Source: Isurus oxyrinchus
Lineage: Eukaryota
Assembly (NCBI GenBank): GCA_026770705.1
Contig: JANJGN010000033.1
Span: 15,562,001 to 15,626,000 of the forward strand
DNA: 64,000 bases
Reading direction: 5' to 3'
The notes beneath the pieces are model-generated. The model saw nothing but the letters and a program-made list of their open reading frames with translations, searched no databases and was not told the DNA's origin. Positions 49,991-61,691 of this stretch are shown here, in pieces. Every line of letters starts with the position of its first letter. Positions within the stretch are counted from its first letter, which is position 1. The position numbers and the translations under genes are program-made.

Positions 49991-50090
49991 GCAGATGATG
50001 ATCAAAGTGACCGCAGTCAGGGACGGGGGAAACATGTTTTCCTTTTACCTCAGTCATTGCTTTAGTTTGTAAGTAGTTGGGGCTTTAGCA

Positions 50091-50450
50091 GTGTGTGTGT
50101 GTTTGAGTGTAGTGTAAGTGTTTGAAAGTATGAATGAGTGTGAGCGCAGTGTAACTGTGAAAGGATGAGTGAATGTGTGTAAGTGTGTGCATCTTTGAGT
50201 ATTTTTGCGACTGTGTGAGTGCTTGAGTATGTGTGTGTGTGAGTGTGAGAGACTGCGCAATAATGTGTGTGTTAGTGCATGTGAGTGCTTGTGTGAGAGA
50301 TTTTATGATTGAGTGTAAGAGTGTCTGTTCAAGAGCAAGTGTGAGAGCATTTGTGTGTGAGCATGTGAACCAGAGATTCTATTTGTGAGGATGTGGAGAG
50401 AGACAGAGACGGGGAGATAGAGCGACAGAGAAAGGGAGACAGACACAGAG
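50091..50450 (+). repeat. Degenerate TG/GA microsatellite
   Basis: Low-complexity tract. Confidence 0.85.
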
Positions 50451-50559
50451 AGGGATTCCCCAATTTTAAAATGATTGTGGGTTTTCATTGAGTCAGGTCA
50501 GAGGCAGCTTGGGATTTATAGAGAATTTCATAATGAAGTGGGATCATTGACACTGAGGG

Positions 50560-50922
50560 AAACATACACAGAGACACACACGTGGAGACACATATGGACA
50601 GACACACACACATGGACACAGACACACGGATACACACACACACGGAGACACATACAGACAGACACAGACATACGTATGGACAGACACACACATGGAGACA
50701 CGTACAGACAGACACACACACATGGACACACAGACACATGGAGATACACACACAGGGAGACACATACAGACAGACACACACACAGGGAGACACATACGGA
50801 CAGACACACACACATGGACACACAGACACACGGAGATACACACACAGGGAGACACATACGGACAGACATACACACACACGGACACATATGGACACATATG
50901 GAGACACACGGACACATGGACA
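50560..50922 (+). repeat. CA-rich compound tandem repeat
   Basis: ggagacacatac/agacacacacacatggacac motifs. Confidence 0.9.
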
Positions 50923-51246
50923 TAACTTGATATTTTGAAACTGTAATGACATTCCCAACATTAAGTGTTAAAGAGTTAAATGTTAAAAAATAATCAAGAA
51001 AAAGCTAAACTTTGCTGTTGTGGAATTAACATTTCAATGGACAGGAAGATTCCAAAAAGTGTTTGCCCTGGGATTAACATTTCAGGCCTCCTAGGGAGCA
51101 GACGGAGAGACATTCCAACATGTCTGAGACTCTGGGGGTGGAGTCAGCAAACAACTCACTCAGGATAAATGTGGGAAAGAATGTTTCATTCCTAACCCCA
51201 AACCCTCTTCTCCCTCTCTCTCTCTATCAGGAGAGTAGACACATGT

Positions 51247-51387
51247 TCTGTTCTGTTGAAGGGTCATTCAGACTCGAAACGTTAACTGTGTTCCTCTCCG
51301 CAGATGCTGCCAGACCTGCTGAGTATTTCCAGGTATTTTTGTTTTTGTTTTGAATTTCCAGCATCCACAGTTTTTTGCTTTTATATT
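51247..51387 (+). mobile_element. 141-bp Penelope-like short element with perfect 15-bp TSD
   Basis: agagtagacacatgt at 51232-51246 and 51388-51402; homologous to the array insertion. Confidence 0.85.
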
Positions 51388-51542
51388 AGAGTAGACACAT
51401 GTCCCTGGTTGAGATTGTGTGTGTGTGTTCATTGTGTGGTTTCTGTCTCTGGTTTATTACTGTACTGTGATGTGTTTGTATTTAGGTGTTGCTGTGAGGT
51501 TGTGGGAGGAAGGGTTGGGGGTGGGGGGGCGGTTGTAGAAGC

Positions 51543-52870
51543 CTGGGCTCTTGCTGTGCTATTTTGATTAAAAAGTTTCTTGCTTCGCATTTTAACTAAT
51601 TTATCTCTTTCTCCTGAGGAATTATTCTTTCGAAAGCTGCGAAATAAAGATCCAGAGAAGGAAAGTTTGGAATCGTTGGACAAGAGCTTCCCCCAGAGGC
51701 CTGAGGCCTGTTCTCACCCTATGGCAGAGCCTCCACATGAGTTCTGCCTGATTATGACCCCGAGGTTTAATTTTCTCTCTGGGACTCTGTTTTTTTTGGG
51801 GTGCCTCAGCTTAACTAGTTCCTGTTGGAACGGCAGTCCTGGGGCAAGATTTTAAGTTCCCGCTGAAGTAAATTGGGTTTAGAATGTCTCGCCACATTTT
51901 AAGGCTCCATCCCTGCCGAAATAGGGCCATAAAATTCTGTCCCTGGAGTTTGAGGCATGGGGTTAAAATAATCACCTTGCGATTTGACACAAACATGCTA
52001 ACCCCCCTGGTGACTGAACTGCAGGATTCACCCCACCTCAAGTGGAAATTAAAAATCCTGAATCTAAAGGCTTAAATGCCTTTTGTGGACAGGGCAGTGT
52101 GATAAATTTGGCAGTGGGAGGGTGAGAGATATACCCGAGAGAGAGAGAGAGACAGAGAGAGAAAGCTGGAGAAAGAGGGAGAGTGTTAAACGACAGGAAC
52201 GTGAGTCTCTGGAGTTCTAGCACATATTGAACACTTAACCAGTATCACCAAAAACAAAGATTACCACACTGCTGCCTGTGGGATCTTGCTGTGCATTAAT
52301 TGCCTGCCGTGTTTCCTATCTTGCGATATTGACTGTGCTTTAATAATTAATCCACTGAGTTTAAAACTCTCCAAAGGGCCTGGAATTTAAACTCCTAAAT
52401 GTTTTAACTGAGTGGTTTGTATTTGGATGTTGCTCATTGAGATGGTTTGTGTATAGAGAGGAAACCCTGGGTTCTTGCTGTGCTATTTCCCTTAACAACG
52501 TTCTTGTCTTTGAATCACTTTTTTCCCTTTCTCTTCCTCCCCAGCAGGAATTTTCCTTTTGAAAACTGCCAACGTGAGGAGGAATCCTTGGACGGCTTCC
52601 TCCAGAGGGGACCCGGACAGAGGCCTATTCCACAGGCCTCGCCCAACACAGGCCTCCATGTGAATTGAGCCTGTTCATTACCCCAAGGTATGATCTCCTC
52701 TCTCTGGGACCCGTTTTTTTTTGGCGGTGCCTCAGGTTAACTAGTTCCAAATTACGGCCTTGGAGTTTTAAATCCGGTTTGAAGCCTGGGGTTAAAGTAA
52801 CCCACCCCCTTGTGAATTGACACAAACATGTTTCCCTCCCTGGTGTCTGACAGACAGGACTCCCCCCCAA
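51543..52870 (+). repeat. Diverged local direct duplication (~51543-52035 and ~52467-52870)
   Basis: Shared blocks tcttgctgtgctattt, ctctctgggac, gtgcctcag.ttaactagttcc, ttgacacaaacatg. Confidence 0.75.
52263..52370 (+). mobile_element. Deu-domain SINE-like relic (related pieces at ~53166, 54392, 54981, 55292, 55680, 56743)
   Basis: tgtgggatcttgctgtgc...attgcctgccgtgtttcct resembles the AmnSINE1/SacSINE1 Deu region; from memory. Confidence 0.5.
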
Positions 52871-53394
52871 AGAGGAAAGAGGTTTTGTGCAGAGCAGTGA
52901 TTTGGACAGTGAAATGAAAAGCACAGCAGCCAGTTTAATTCAGTTGACTGAGGATCTGATTGTTGGGACTGTCAGGTCCGTGCAATGTGAGGGTTTAAAT
53001 CGGGGGAGGGGGGTTAGTGGGGGGGGGACAGTGGCCATTTTAATTCAGTTCAAAATTTCCGAAGGGGGAGATTTCGCTGTCTTAGTCTCTCTCTCTCTCT
53101 CTCTAGTCAGTCATCAAATGAAAAGCAGTGCTTAACACAACTGATAATTCATCAATTTGCAGCATGTGGGATATTGCTGTGCCAAAAAATGCATTCAGTG
53201 TTTCACACTGCAACAAAGATTTAAATTTTAAAATCTTGTTGTTGTAAAAGCTTTCCTGAGGGGCTGGGAAATAAGGTAGTGAAAACGTGTAGGCGATTGG
53301 GATAATTCCCGAATCATGCTTGTGTTTTAGGCAGGGCGATGAATTTAATGGATAAATTTGAGGAGCCATTTTTAATACTGTCTGTCTCTCTCTG

Positions 53395-53560
53395 NNNNNN
53401 NNNNNNNNNNNNNNNNNNNNNNNNNNNNNNNNNNNNNNNNNNNNNNNNNNNNNNNNNNNNNNNNNNNNNNNNNNNNNNNNNNNNNNNNNNNNNNNNNNNN
53501 NNNNNNNNNNNNNNNNNNNNNNNNNNNNNNNNNNNNNNNNNNNNNNNNNNNNNNNNNNNN
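53395..53560. other. Assembly gap
   Basis: N run. Confidence 1.
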
Positions 53561-54185
53561 GAAAGGGGAGAGAGGGAGAGACAAAGAAAGAGAGAGAGAG
53601 AAAGAAGAGAGAGAGAGGGAGACAGTGAGGCAGAGAAAGGGGAGAGAGGGAGAGACAAAGAAAGAGAGAGAGAGAAAGAAGAGAGAGAGAGAGGGAGACA
53701 GCGAGGGAGAGAAAGGGGAGAGACAAAGAAAGAGAGGGAGAGAGACAGAGAGGGAGAGAGAAATGGAGAAAGATAGGGAGAGAGCGAGAGAAAGAAGAGA
53801 GGGAGAGGGAGACAGCAAGGGAAAGGGGAGAGAGGGAGAGACAAAGAAAGGGAGAGAAAGGGAGAAAGAGGGAGACAGCGAGAGAAACATAGAGAGGGGG
53901 AGAGAGAGAAAGAAAGAGTCAAAGAAAGTAAAAGAGAAGGGGAGAGAGAGAGATAGGGGAGAGAGTGAGGGGAAACAGACAGAGAGGGATATAGGGAAAG
54001 AAAGGTGAGAGTGAGGGGAAACAGGGACAGGGTGAGAGAGAAAGGGGAGGGTGAGGAGAAACTGAGTGGAAGGGACAGAGAGAAGGAGAGAGAAAGAGAG
54101 ACAGGGAGAGAGGGAGAAAGAGAGTCAGAGAATGAAAGAGAGAGAGAGAGAGAAAGGGAGAGAGGGACAGTGAGAGAGAGGGAAA
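53561..54185 (+). repeat. GA-rich polypurine tract
   Basis: Nearly pure purine strand. Confidence 0.92.
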
Positions 54186-54475
54186 TGGAGTCGGTGGTGT
54201 GGGGAGGGGGGTTGAAGTGAGACAAGATTGGGATTGGGCGGGTGTCTCCAGTGTGGATTCACTGCCCAGCTCCAGTCACATCCTACCAGAAATTGGGATT
54301 TGCAAATATAAATCCTGGGTTGGCAATTTTGAAAAAGTGTCCTGTGAGCTCAGGGATGGATTTCCTATCTGGAGAGGAACTCACTGCCGCTTGTGGGATC
54401 TTGCTGTGCAACACTGGGCTGGAGTCTGCAACAGTGAGCACGCTTTTAAAAAACTGGATCATTGACTTTAAAGCA

Positions 54476-54636
54476 NNNNNNNNNNNNNNNNNNNNNNNNN
54501 NNNNNNNNNNNNNNNNNNNNNNNNNNNNNNNNNNNNNNNNNNNNNNNNNNNNNNNNNNNNNNNNNNNNNNNNNNNNNNNNNNNNNNNNNNNNNNNNNNNN
54601 NNNNNNNNNNNNNNNNNNNNNNNNNNNNNNNNNNNN
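54476..54636. other. Assembly gap
   Basis: N run. Confidence 1.
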
Positions 54637-55869
54637 AATGTATAAGCAACACCCATGTGATCTGTCATTATTTTGAATTGGGTGAGGATTAGGGGTTTGG
54701 GTGGGGGTGGGAGATGGTGAAGGACTGGGTCCCATTTGCCATTTGTTCCTTCCAGCCTTGCTGGTGAGGTTTAGGGCTGAGCTGTGGATTGGTCTGTGTG
54801 ACTGGCCCCTGTTCTAGTCCCTGAGGTTTTAGTGCAGCGTCTGTGACTGACGCTCAAAGGGTTAGAACGTTACAAACTGCAGTTTTCTACTCTTCTCGCT
54901 GCCTGACATTTCAGACAAGATTTATTCTGTCAATCGCCATCACTGAGACCGATTCATCTGGAGATTTACAGGTTGCGGCTTGTGGGATCTTGCTGTGCGC
55001 ACAAAATGGCTGCAGCCTTGGGGAACTGAGAGACAGCAAAACTGAGAGAGGCAGTGGGGGTAGGGGAAAGGACAGGGGTCTGGGGGTCTCCGAGTGTCGT
55101 CACTGCCCAGCTCCCAGTCTCAGGAGGAAAGGCCCATTCTTGCTCATATGCTTCCAGAGGGCAGGGGTTAGTTACAAAAGTAAAACTGTGCACCTGAGAG
55201 GGTGAAACGTGACCTGCTGCTTTGCTATTTTGTGTAAAAGTCTTTATCCCACCCTGTCTTTTCATCAATTCTCACCTAGAACACTTTGGTGTGCGGGATC
55301 TTGCTGTGCACAAATCATGTGCATTTGCTGCACTGCAACTTTGAAAAAAGATCATTCATTGAGTGTTTGAGGGCCTGGAATTAAATTTCTCAAGGTGAAC
55401 GGACACTGGGTAAAGGCTTGTAACGCTAAATAATTCCCGAGTTTCAGGTCAGATGAGGAATTGGACAGATGAAGTGTGTGGGTGGGATGGGGGATGTCGG
55501 GGAGGATTGGGAAGCATCAACATTTCCTAACCCCATCCCCCCTCGACCCCCACCCCCCCCCCCCCCCCACCACCCCCACCACCCCCACCACCCCCCCCCC
55601 CCCCCAAAGTTTTAAAGAAGGAATTGAGTCCTTTCTGGGGGATTATGGGGAGGATGCCTGGCTGAACACATTGCTGCTTGTGGGATCTTGCTGTGCACAC
55701 AGTGCCTGCGGCCTTTTCTGAACTGCAACCACGGCTACACTGCCCCAAAGTGAGTTTTGCTGATGCGCTGAGGGTGGATTGTTTCCATTTCGTGACCCCC
55801 CAACGCCCTTCAGCCCACCTCTCCACATAAATCACTGCAAAATCTCAAACATGGCCGGTGTTGTGATTG

Positions 55870-56120
55870 AAAACAGAGAGAGGAGGGAAAACAGAGAGAG
55901 AGAGAGGGGGCATTTTGATCAAGATTCATCTGAGATAGAGAGAAAACACCAGATTGAAAGATTTGCAGAAGAGAAAGATGAGCAGAGATAGAGGGAGGTG
56001 TAGAGAGAGAGAGATACAGAGGGAGGTAGAGAGGGATAGAGATATAGAGAGAGACAGGGTGAGAGGGAGGTACAGAGAGATAGAAATAGATACAGAGAGG
56101 TGGAGATAGATAGAGAGATA
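55870..56120 (+). repeat. GA-rich low-complexity tract
   Basis: gagagagata-type motifs. Confidence 0.75.
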
Positions 56121-56121
56121 G

Positions 56122-56196
56122 AAAGAATCACAGTGCAGAAGAGGCCCTTCGGCCTATCGAGTCTGCACCGACACGTGAGAAACACCTGACCTACCT
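56122..56196 (-). mobile_element. CR1-type LINE/SINE 3' tail fragment
   Basis: gaggcccttcggcctatcgagtctgcaccg is the reverse of a ccgaagggcct tail motif; from memory. Confidence 0.5.
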
Positions 56197-57384
56197 AGAG
56201 AGAGAGAGAGAGACGAGTGCCAGAAGTTGGAAGGTTCACTGTTACTTGTTAACGTATAAACAGCATCAATCGTGGGCTGAGTGGGGATGGGGAGGGGCAG
56301 TGAATGAAGAGTGGGGGTGGGGGGGGGGGGTGCGGTGGGGGGACAGAGAGGGAATCGTCAGTGTTTGTACTTTTAGTGATGAGGCAGGAAAACAGCTGGA
56401 GGAGGCAGGTTCCACCCAGAGAGAGACACAGGATCTGGGGGGTGGGGTGGGGGCGGGGGGGGGGGGGGGGGGAGGGGTGGGGGAGCTCTGTGGGTGGGGG
56501 TGTTTGGGGGGTGTATCCAGTGTTTAGCCAGTGCCCAGCCTCTGGAGTAAAGCACCCCCACCCCCACCCTTTCCCTTCCTCACACAGGATGTCTGATATA
56601 TTTTTTAAAATGCTGGGACAGCATTTGCGGCATTTTCAGTTTCATTCCATTTGAGACCTGTTCCCACTGCCTGGGTTTCATATCAGGGGAACGTGAAATG
56701 GTCTCTCTGTGATTGTGCATCGTCAGGGAGTGAGAGGAGTGCTGGGATCTTGCTGTGCCTTTTGTTTCAGCCCCTTTGCTTTATTTTAATCAATTTCCAT
56801 TTCTCTCTCTCTCTCTCTCTCCCCCAGGGGGAATTTATCTAGAAGCTGCAGCTCTGTCGATGCTGAGGGTGAATCATTTTTGCCGGGAAGATTCCTGGGA
56901 CAAGAGCTGGAGAGAATAATAGCAATAAATGTCCACACGTCTTTTTGTCAATTTATTTTCCAAGGCTTGTGTTTGAGGCAGTCAGTGCAGGTTTGACAAT
57001 AAGGGGGTGAGGGTGGGGGTGGGGGTCGAGCTGTTGTACAGGGGAAAATGATCCGGGATCTTTCTGCTTCCCATCTCTCCCATTGATGTAAAAACAGGGG
57101 GGGGAGATGTGAAAGTGGGTGGCCTGTCCCCAGGCACCAGCTTCACATGGAGGCACTGAGTCAATTCCCATCCCAGCGTTCCCGCTCCCTCTAAACATAC
57201 CGTCTCCTGGGCCCTCTCTGCCCCTCTTCCATGGGGAAATGGAGGGAAGGGCAGATTAAGCATTGCGGGTTGTGGGGGGGGTGGGTGTGGGGACAGCCTC
57301 GAAAGGGCTGAATGGCCTCCTGCTGTCCCTGTGCCAAACAATGTGTGTGTTTGTGTGGAGTGAGCGGGCTGCATGGGGAAGAGG

Positions 57385-58870
57385 GTGTTAGACAGGGGTT
57401 TGTTCATGGGGTGGTGGGGGGGGTATTAGACACGGGTCTGTTCACATGGTGGGGATTGGACAGGGGGGATTAGATAGGGGTCTATTCACTGGAGAGGAGG
57501 ATTAGACAGGGGTCTGTTCACAATTGGGGGGGATTAGACAGGGGTCTGTTCACACTGAGGAGGGGATTAGACAGGGGTCTGTTCACAGTGAGGGGGGATT
57601 AGACAGGGGTCTGTTCACACTGAGGAGGGGATTAGACAGGGGTCTGTTCACACTGAGGGGGGATTAGACAGGGGTCTGCTCACAGTGAGGGGGGATTAGA
57701 CAGGGGTCTGTTCACACTGGGGGGATTAGACAGGGGTCTGTTCACACTGAGGGGGGATTAGACAGGGGTCTGTTCACACTGAGGGGGGATTAGACAGGGG
57801 TCTGTTCACAATGTGGGGGGATTACATGGGTCTGTTCACAATGTGGGGGGGATTAGACAGGGGTCTGTTCACACTGAGGGGGGTTAGACAGGGGTCTGTT
57901 CACACTGAGGGGGGATTAGACAGGGGTCTGTTCACACTGAGGGGGGATTAGACAGGGGTCTGTTCACACTGAGGGGGGATTAGACAGGGGTCTGTTCACA
58001 CTGAGGGGGGATTAGACAGGGGTCTGTTCACACTGAGGGGGGATTAGAGAGGGGTCTGTTCACAATGGGGGGGGGATTAGACAGGGGTCTGTTCACACTG
58101 AGGAGGGGATTAGACAGGGGTCTGTTCACACTGAGGGGGGATTAGACAGGGGTCTGTTCACACTGAGGGGGGATTAGACAGGGGTCTGTTCACACTGAGG
58201 GGGGATTAGACAGGGGTCTGTTCACACTGAGGGGGGATTAGACAGGGGTCTGTTCACACTGAGGGGGGATTAGACAGGGGTCTGTTCACACTGAGGGGGG
58301 ATTAGACAGGGGTCTGTTCACAATGGGGGGGGGGATTAGACAGGGGTCTGTTCACACTGAGGGGAGATTAGACAGGGGTCTGTTCACAATGGGGTGGGAT
58401 TAGACAGGGGTCTGTTCACACTGAGGGGGGATTAGACAGGTCTGCTCACACTGGGAGGAGGATTAGACAGGGGTCTGTTCACATTGAGGGGGGATTAGAC
58501 AGGGGTCTGTTCACACTGGGAGGAGGATTAGACAGGGGTCTGTTCACATTGAGGGGGGATTAGACAGGGGTCTGTTCACACTGGGAGGAGGATTAGACAG
58601 GGGTCTGTTCACATTGAGGGGGGATTAGGTGGGTCTGTTCACAAGGGGGGGGGGGGTGATTAGACAGAGGTCTGTTCGAGGGGGGGCAGGGGAATTAGAC
58701 AGGGGTCTGTTCACAGTTGGGGGGGGGGAATTAGACAGGGGTCTGTTCATGGGGTGATTAGACAGGGGTCTGTTGGGTGGGGGGTTTAGACAGGGGTCTG
58801 TTCAGAGGGGGGTTTAGACAGGGGTCTGTTCACACTGAGGAGGGGTTTAGACAGGGGTCTGTTGGGTGGG
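57385..58870 (+). repeat. 31-bp G-rich minisatellite
   Basis: ggggattagacaggggtctgttcacactgag repeated >40 times. Confidence 0.95.
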
Positions 58871-59573
58871 GGGTGGTGCGGAAGCGAGTACATGAATGAT
58901 TAAAGTTTAACATGGGGAGTTTACATTGTGAGTGTGACAGAGAGACAGCGTGTGAGAGATAGTCAGATGGGGCAGGGGGAGTGGAGTGTTTTAGATGGGG
59001 GGGTTTAAGGGATGTCTGTCCTCATGGGGAGGTGGGGGTATTAATCAGGAGCTGTTCAGGTGGGGGGGTGGGGGTGGGAGTCAGACACTAGTTTGCAATT
59101 TTTGAGTGTGGGGTGGGGTGTGAAATATGGAGGAGCAAAAATGGTGAGGGTGGGGCTGGCATAAATTCAGAGGGGGGAGAAATCGAGGTGCTCCCCCAAA
59201 TTTGAGGAGGGACCTGAAATGAGGGGGTTGCGGGGTCTTTGAGGGCGGGGCCTCCAATAATGAGGGCGGGGCCATTCCCCAGAAAATGGAGAATGGGGCA
59301 AAATTAAGGAGGGAACCAAAAAGCAAAGTGGGTTAAGGGGAAATAAATGCATGAGTTCCCCCCCTCCCCCTCCCCCACCCCCACCCCAGATATTGAGGTT
59401 GGGGAGAATTAAGGGGACCCACAGAATGGAGGTGATTTATGGGTGGACCACAGATTGATTGGGAATGTGTCCCTCACAGCACACAACCAATTCCAGGAAA
59501 CACAACTTAACCAGGGCCAGAGAGGGACAAAAAACTAAGGCTGAACTTCCTGGAGATCCAGACAGGGCTCAAT

Positions 59574-59613
<40 letters not shown>

Positions 59614-59629
59614 AACAGGTATAGAGCAG

Positions 59630-60155
59630 ACACTGCCTCACAGGGTACAGACACACACAAAAAAAACTCACACAGTCCCAGCACACAGAGTACAGAGGCA
59701 CACACAGTCCCAGCACACAGGGTACAGACATATACACAGTACCGGCACACAGGGTACAGACATACACATACTCCTGGCACACAGGTTACAGACACACACA
59801 AAAAAACTCACACAGTCCCAGCACACAGAGTACAGAGGCACACACAGTCCCAGCACACAGGGTACAGACATATACACAGTACCGGCACACAAGGTACAGA
59901 CATATACATACTCCTGGCACACAGGGTACAGACACACACAAAAAAACTCACACAGTCCCAGCACACAGAGTACAGAGGCACACACAGTCCCAGCACACAG
60001 GGTACAGGCATATACACAGTACCGGCACACAGGGTACAGACATATACAAAGTCCCAGCACACAGGGTACAGGCATATACAAAGTCCCAGCACACAGGGTA
60101 CAGACACACACAAAAAACCCCACACAGCCCCAGCACACAGGGTACAGACACAGAT
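59630..60155 (+). repeat. Minisatellite of ~28-bp subunits in a 140-bp higher-order period
   Basis: aaaaaactca at 59661, 59801, 59941; core gcacacagggtacaga. Confidence 0.9.
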
Positions 60156-60540
60156 GTACACAACACTCTTTAGAGATCCTCCCCTCCCTATTTTCTACAC
60201 ACTGTTACGAGGCCCTTTCAGATAGAGAAAGGGTAAAATACCCACCTTCACCAACCTGCATGCTGATGTCCATCACAGGGGTGAAAGAGGGAGCAGGGGC
60301 CGCTCACCTGTTCTCTGATAGCAGAGGGTCTGTCACTCAGACCCCACTCCACTCAGAGAGGGATCCTTCACCTATCAGCCACCAGCTTTGAGTGTCTCCA
60401 TTCCAGCCCCCAGGTACAGGACAGTCCAAATTAAATTTCCCTGTGTCCGAGAGGTGGCTGGAGAGAGCGAGAGGGTGTTAACATTCTACCATGTGGCAGT
60501 GGAATGGTTGCTCCCATTAACCCTTTGTGCAATTAAAGAC

Positions 60541-60660
60541 AAAAAACAACGCACTGCAGGAGCTGGAAATGTGAAACCAGTAGAGAAAAATCCTGGACAT
60601 TTTCAGCAGGTCCGGCAGCAACTTTGGACAGGGAGTCAGAGTGAATATTTCAGGTCAGCC
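60541..60660 (-). mobile_element. Diverged copy of the Penelope-like short element
   Basis: ctgcaggagctggaaat...cagcaggtccggcagca matches the reverse of the element. Confidence 0.55.
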
Positions 60661-60841
60661 AGCTGGGAAATCATTTTCGGGAAGGGAGTGGGGCGAATAA
60701 AAATCTAAGATCATTTCAGAAGCAGCAGGCTCTGCAATGGGTGGTCTTTTGTCTTTGGGCGAATGATTGAATTTAAAAAAATGATCAAAGCCTCTCTCCC
60801 CCTCAAACCTGTTTCACAGTCTTGTGATTAAAGTGATACAA

Positions 60842-60859
60842 CGCCACCCTCTGCTGGCG
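60842..60859 (-). promoter_or_regulatory. CTCF-like motif
   Basis: Reverse complement CGCCAGCAGAGGGTGGCG resembles core CCAGCAGAGGGCGC. Confidence 0.45.
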
Positions 60860-60879
60860 GGTCACAGCTACTGCAGGGG

Positions 60880-61033
60880 AAAAAATAAAAAAAACTGCGG
60901 ATGCCGGAAATTCAAAACAAAAACAGAAATACCTGCAAAAACTCAGCAGGTCTGGCAGCATCGGCGGAGAAGAGCAAAGTTGACGTTTCGAGTCCTCATG
61001 ACCCTTCAGTTCTGTTGAAAGGTCATGATGACT
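60880..61033 (-). mobile_element. Penelope-like short element with short inverted duplication of its 5' end
   Basis: Reverse complement of the array insertion; inverted arms 60991-61008 and 61016-61033. Confidence 0.8.
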
Positions 61034-61416
61034 TTTGTGTTACTCCCCCTCCCATCTCAGAACCCATCCAGGTTGTGCATTGACACGGATATAATGTAAA
61101 AAAAAACTTGGCAATTTCACTGTTTCTTTTTGCAGTTGGATTCCCGCTGAATGGACTTGCTTTGTGTGATGGTGAAATCTACAATTCTGCATCACCTTCA
61201 AATACCAGGGGTCATTACTCAGCAGCAACTGAATTGCTGAGCTGCCTGGAGGGGAGATGATTGGAATTTTGATGGAAGCGGGAAAATCTCCCATGGATTA
61301 GACTCGTACTTTGTAATTTACCATCAGTACCAGACTCCTGACCAGGGATTTGTGAGGTTTCCCAATGATAAAGCTGCAAGTTTCAGTTTATTTGTTCGAC
61401 GTGCAGTGCGGCCATT

Positions 61417-61434
61417 CGCCAGCAGAGGGTGGCG
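61417..61434 (+). promoter_or_regulatory. CTCF-like motif
   Basis: CGCCAGCAGAGGGTGGCG. Confidence 0.45.
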
Positions 61435-61691
61435 ATGTATCACTTTAATCACAAGACAGAAACAGGTTTGAGGAAGAGAGAAATTGACCCTTTTTTAAAT
61501 GAATTGACCCCGAGACAGAAGATCTCCCATTACAGCTGCATCTGAAATGACTTTTAGGCTTTTTCAAACCCAATGCCAAATCAATTCCTGACATGATATT
61601 TCCCTTTTTCTCCCTGTAATGATCTTTCTCTTCAGGTATTTATCCAATTTCCACTTGTAAGTTAATCTTGACAGCATCTGATTCACAGAAT

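Noticed and set aside
50475-50961. Long His/Thr- or Val/Cys-rich ORFs
   Set aside because: Translations of CA/TG microsatellite
53103-54735. Long Ser/Leu or Arg/Glu ORFs and X-containing ORFs
   Set aside because: GA tract and N gaps inflate ORF length
59459-60391. 310-aa ORF
   Set aside because: Non-ATG start and mostly minisatellite translation
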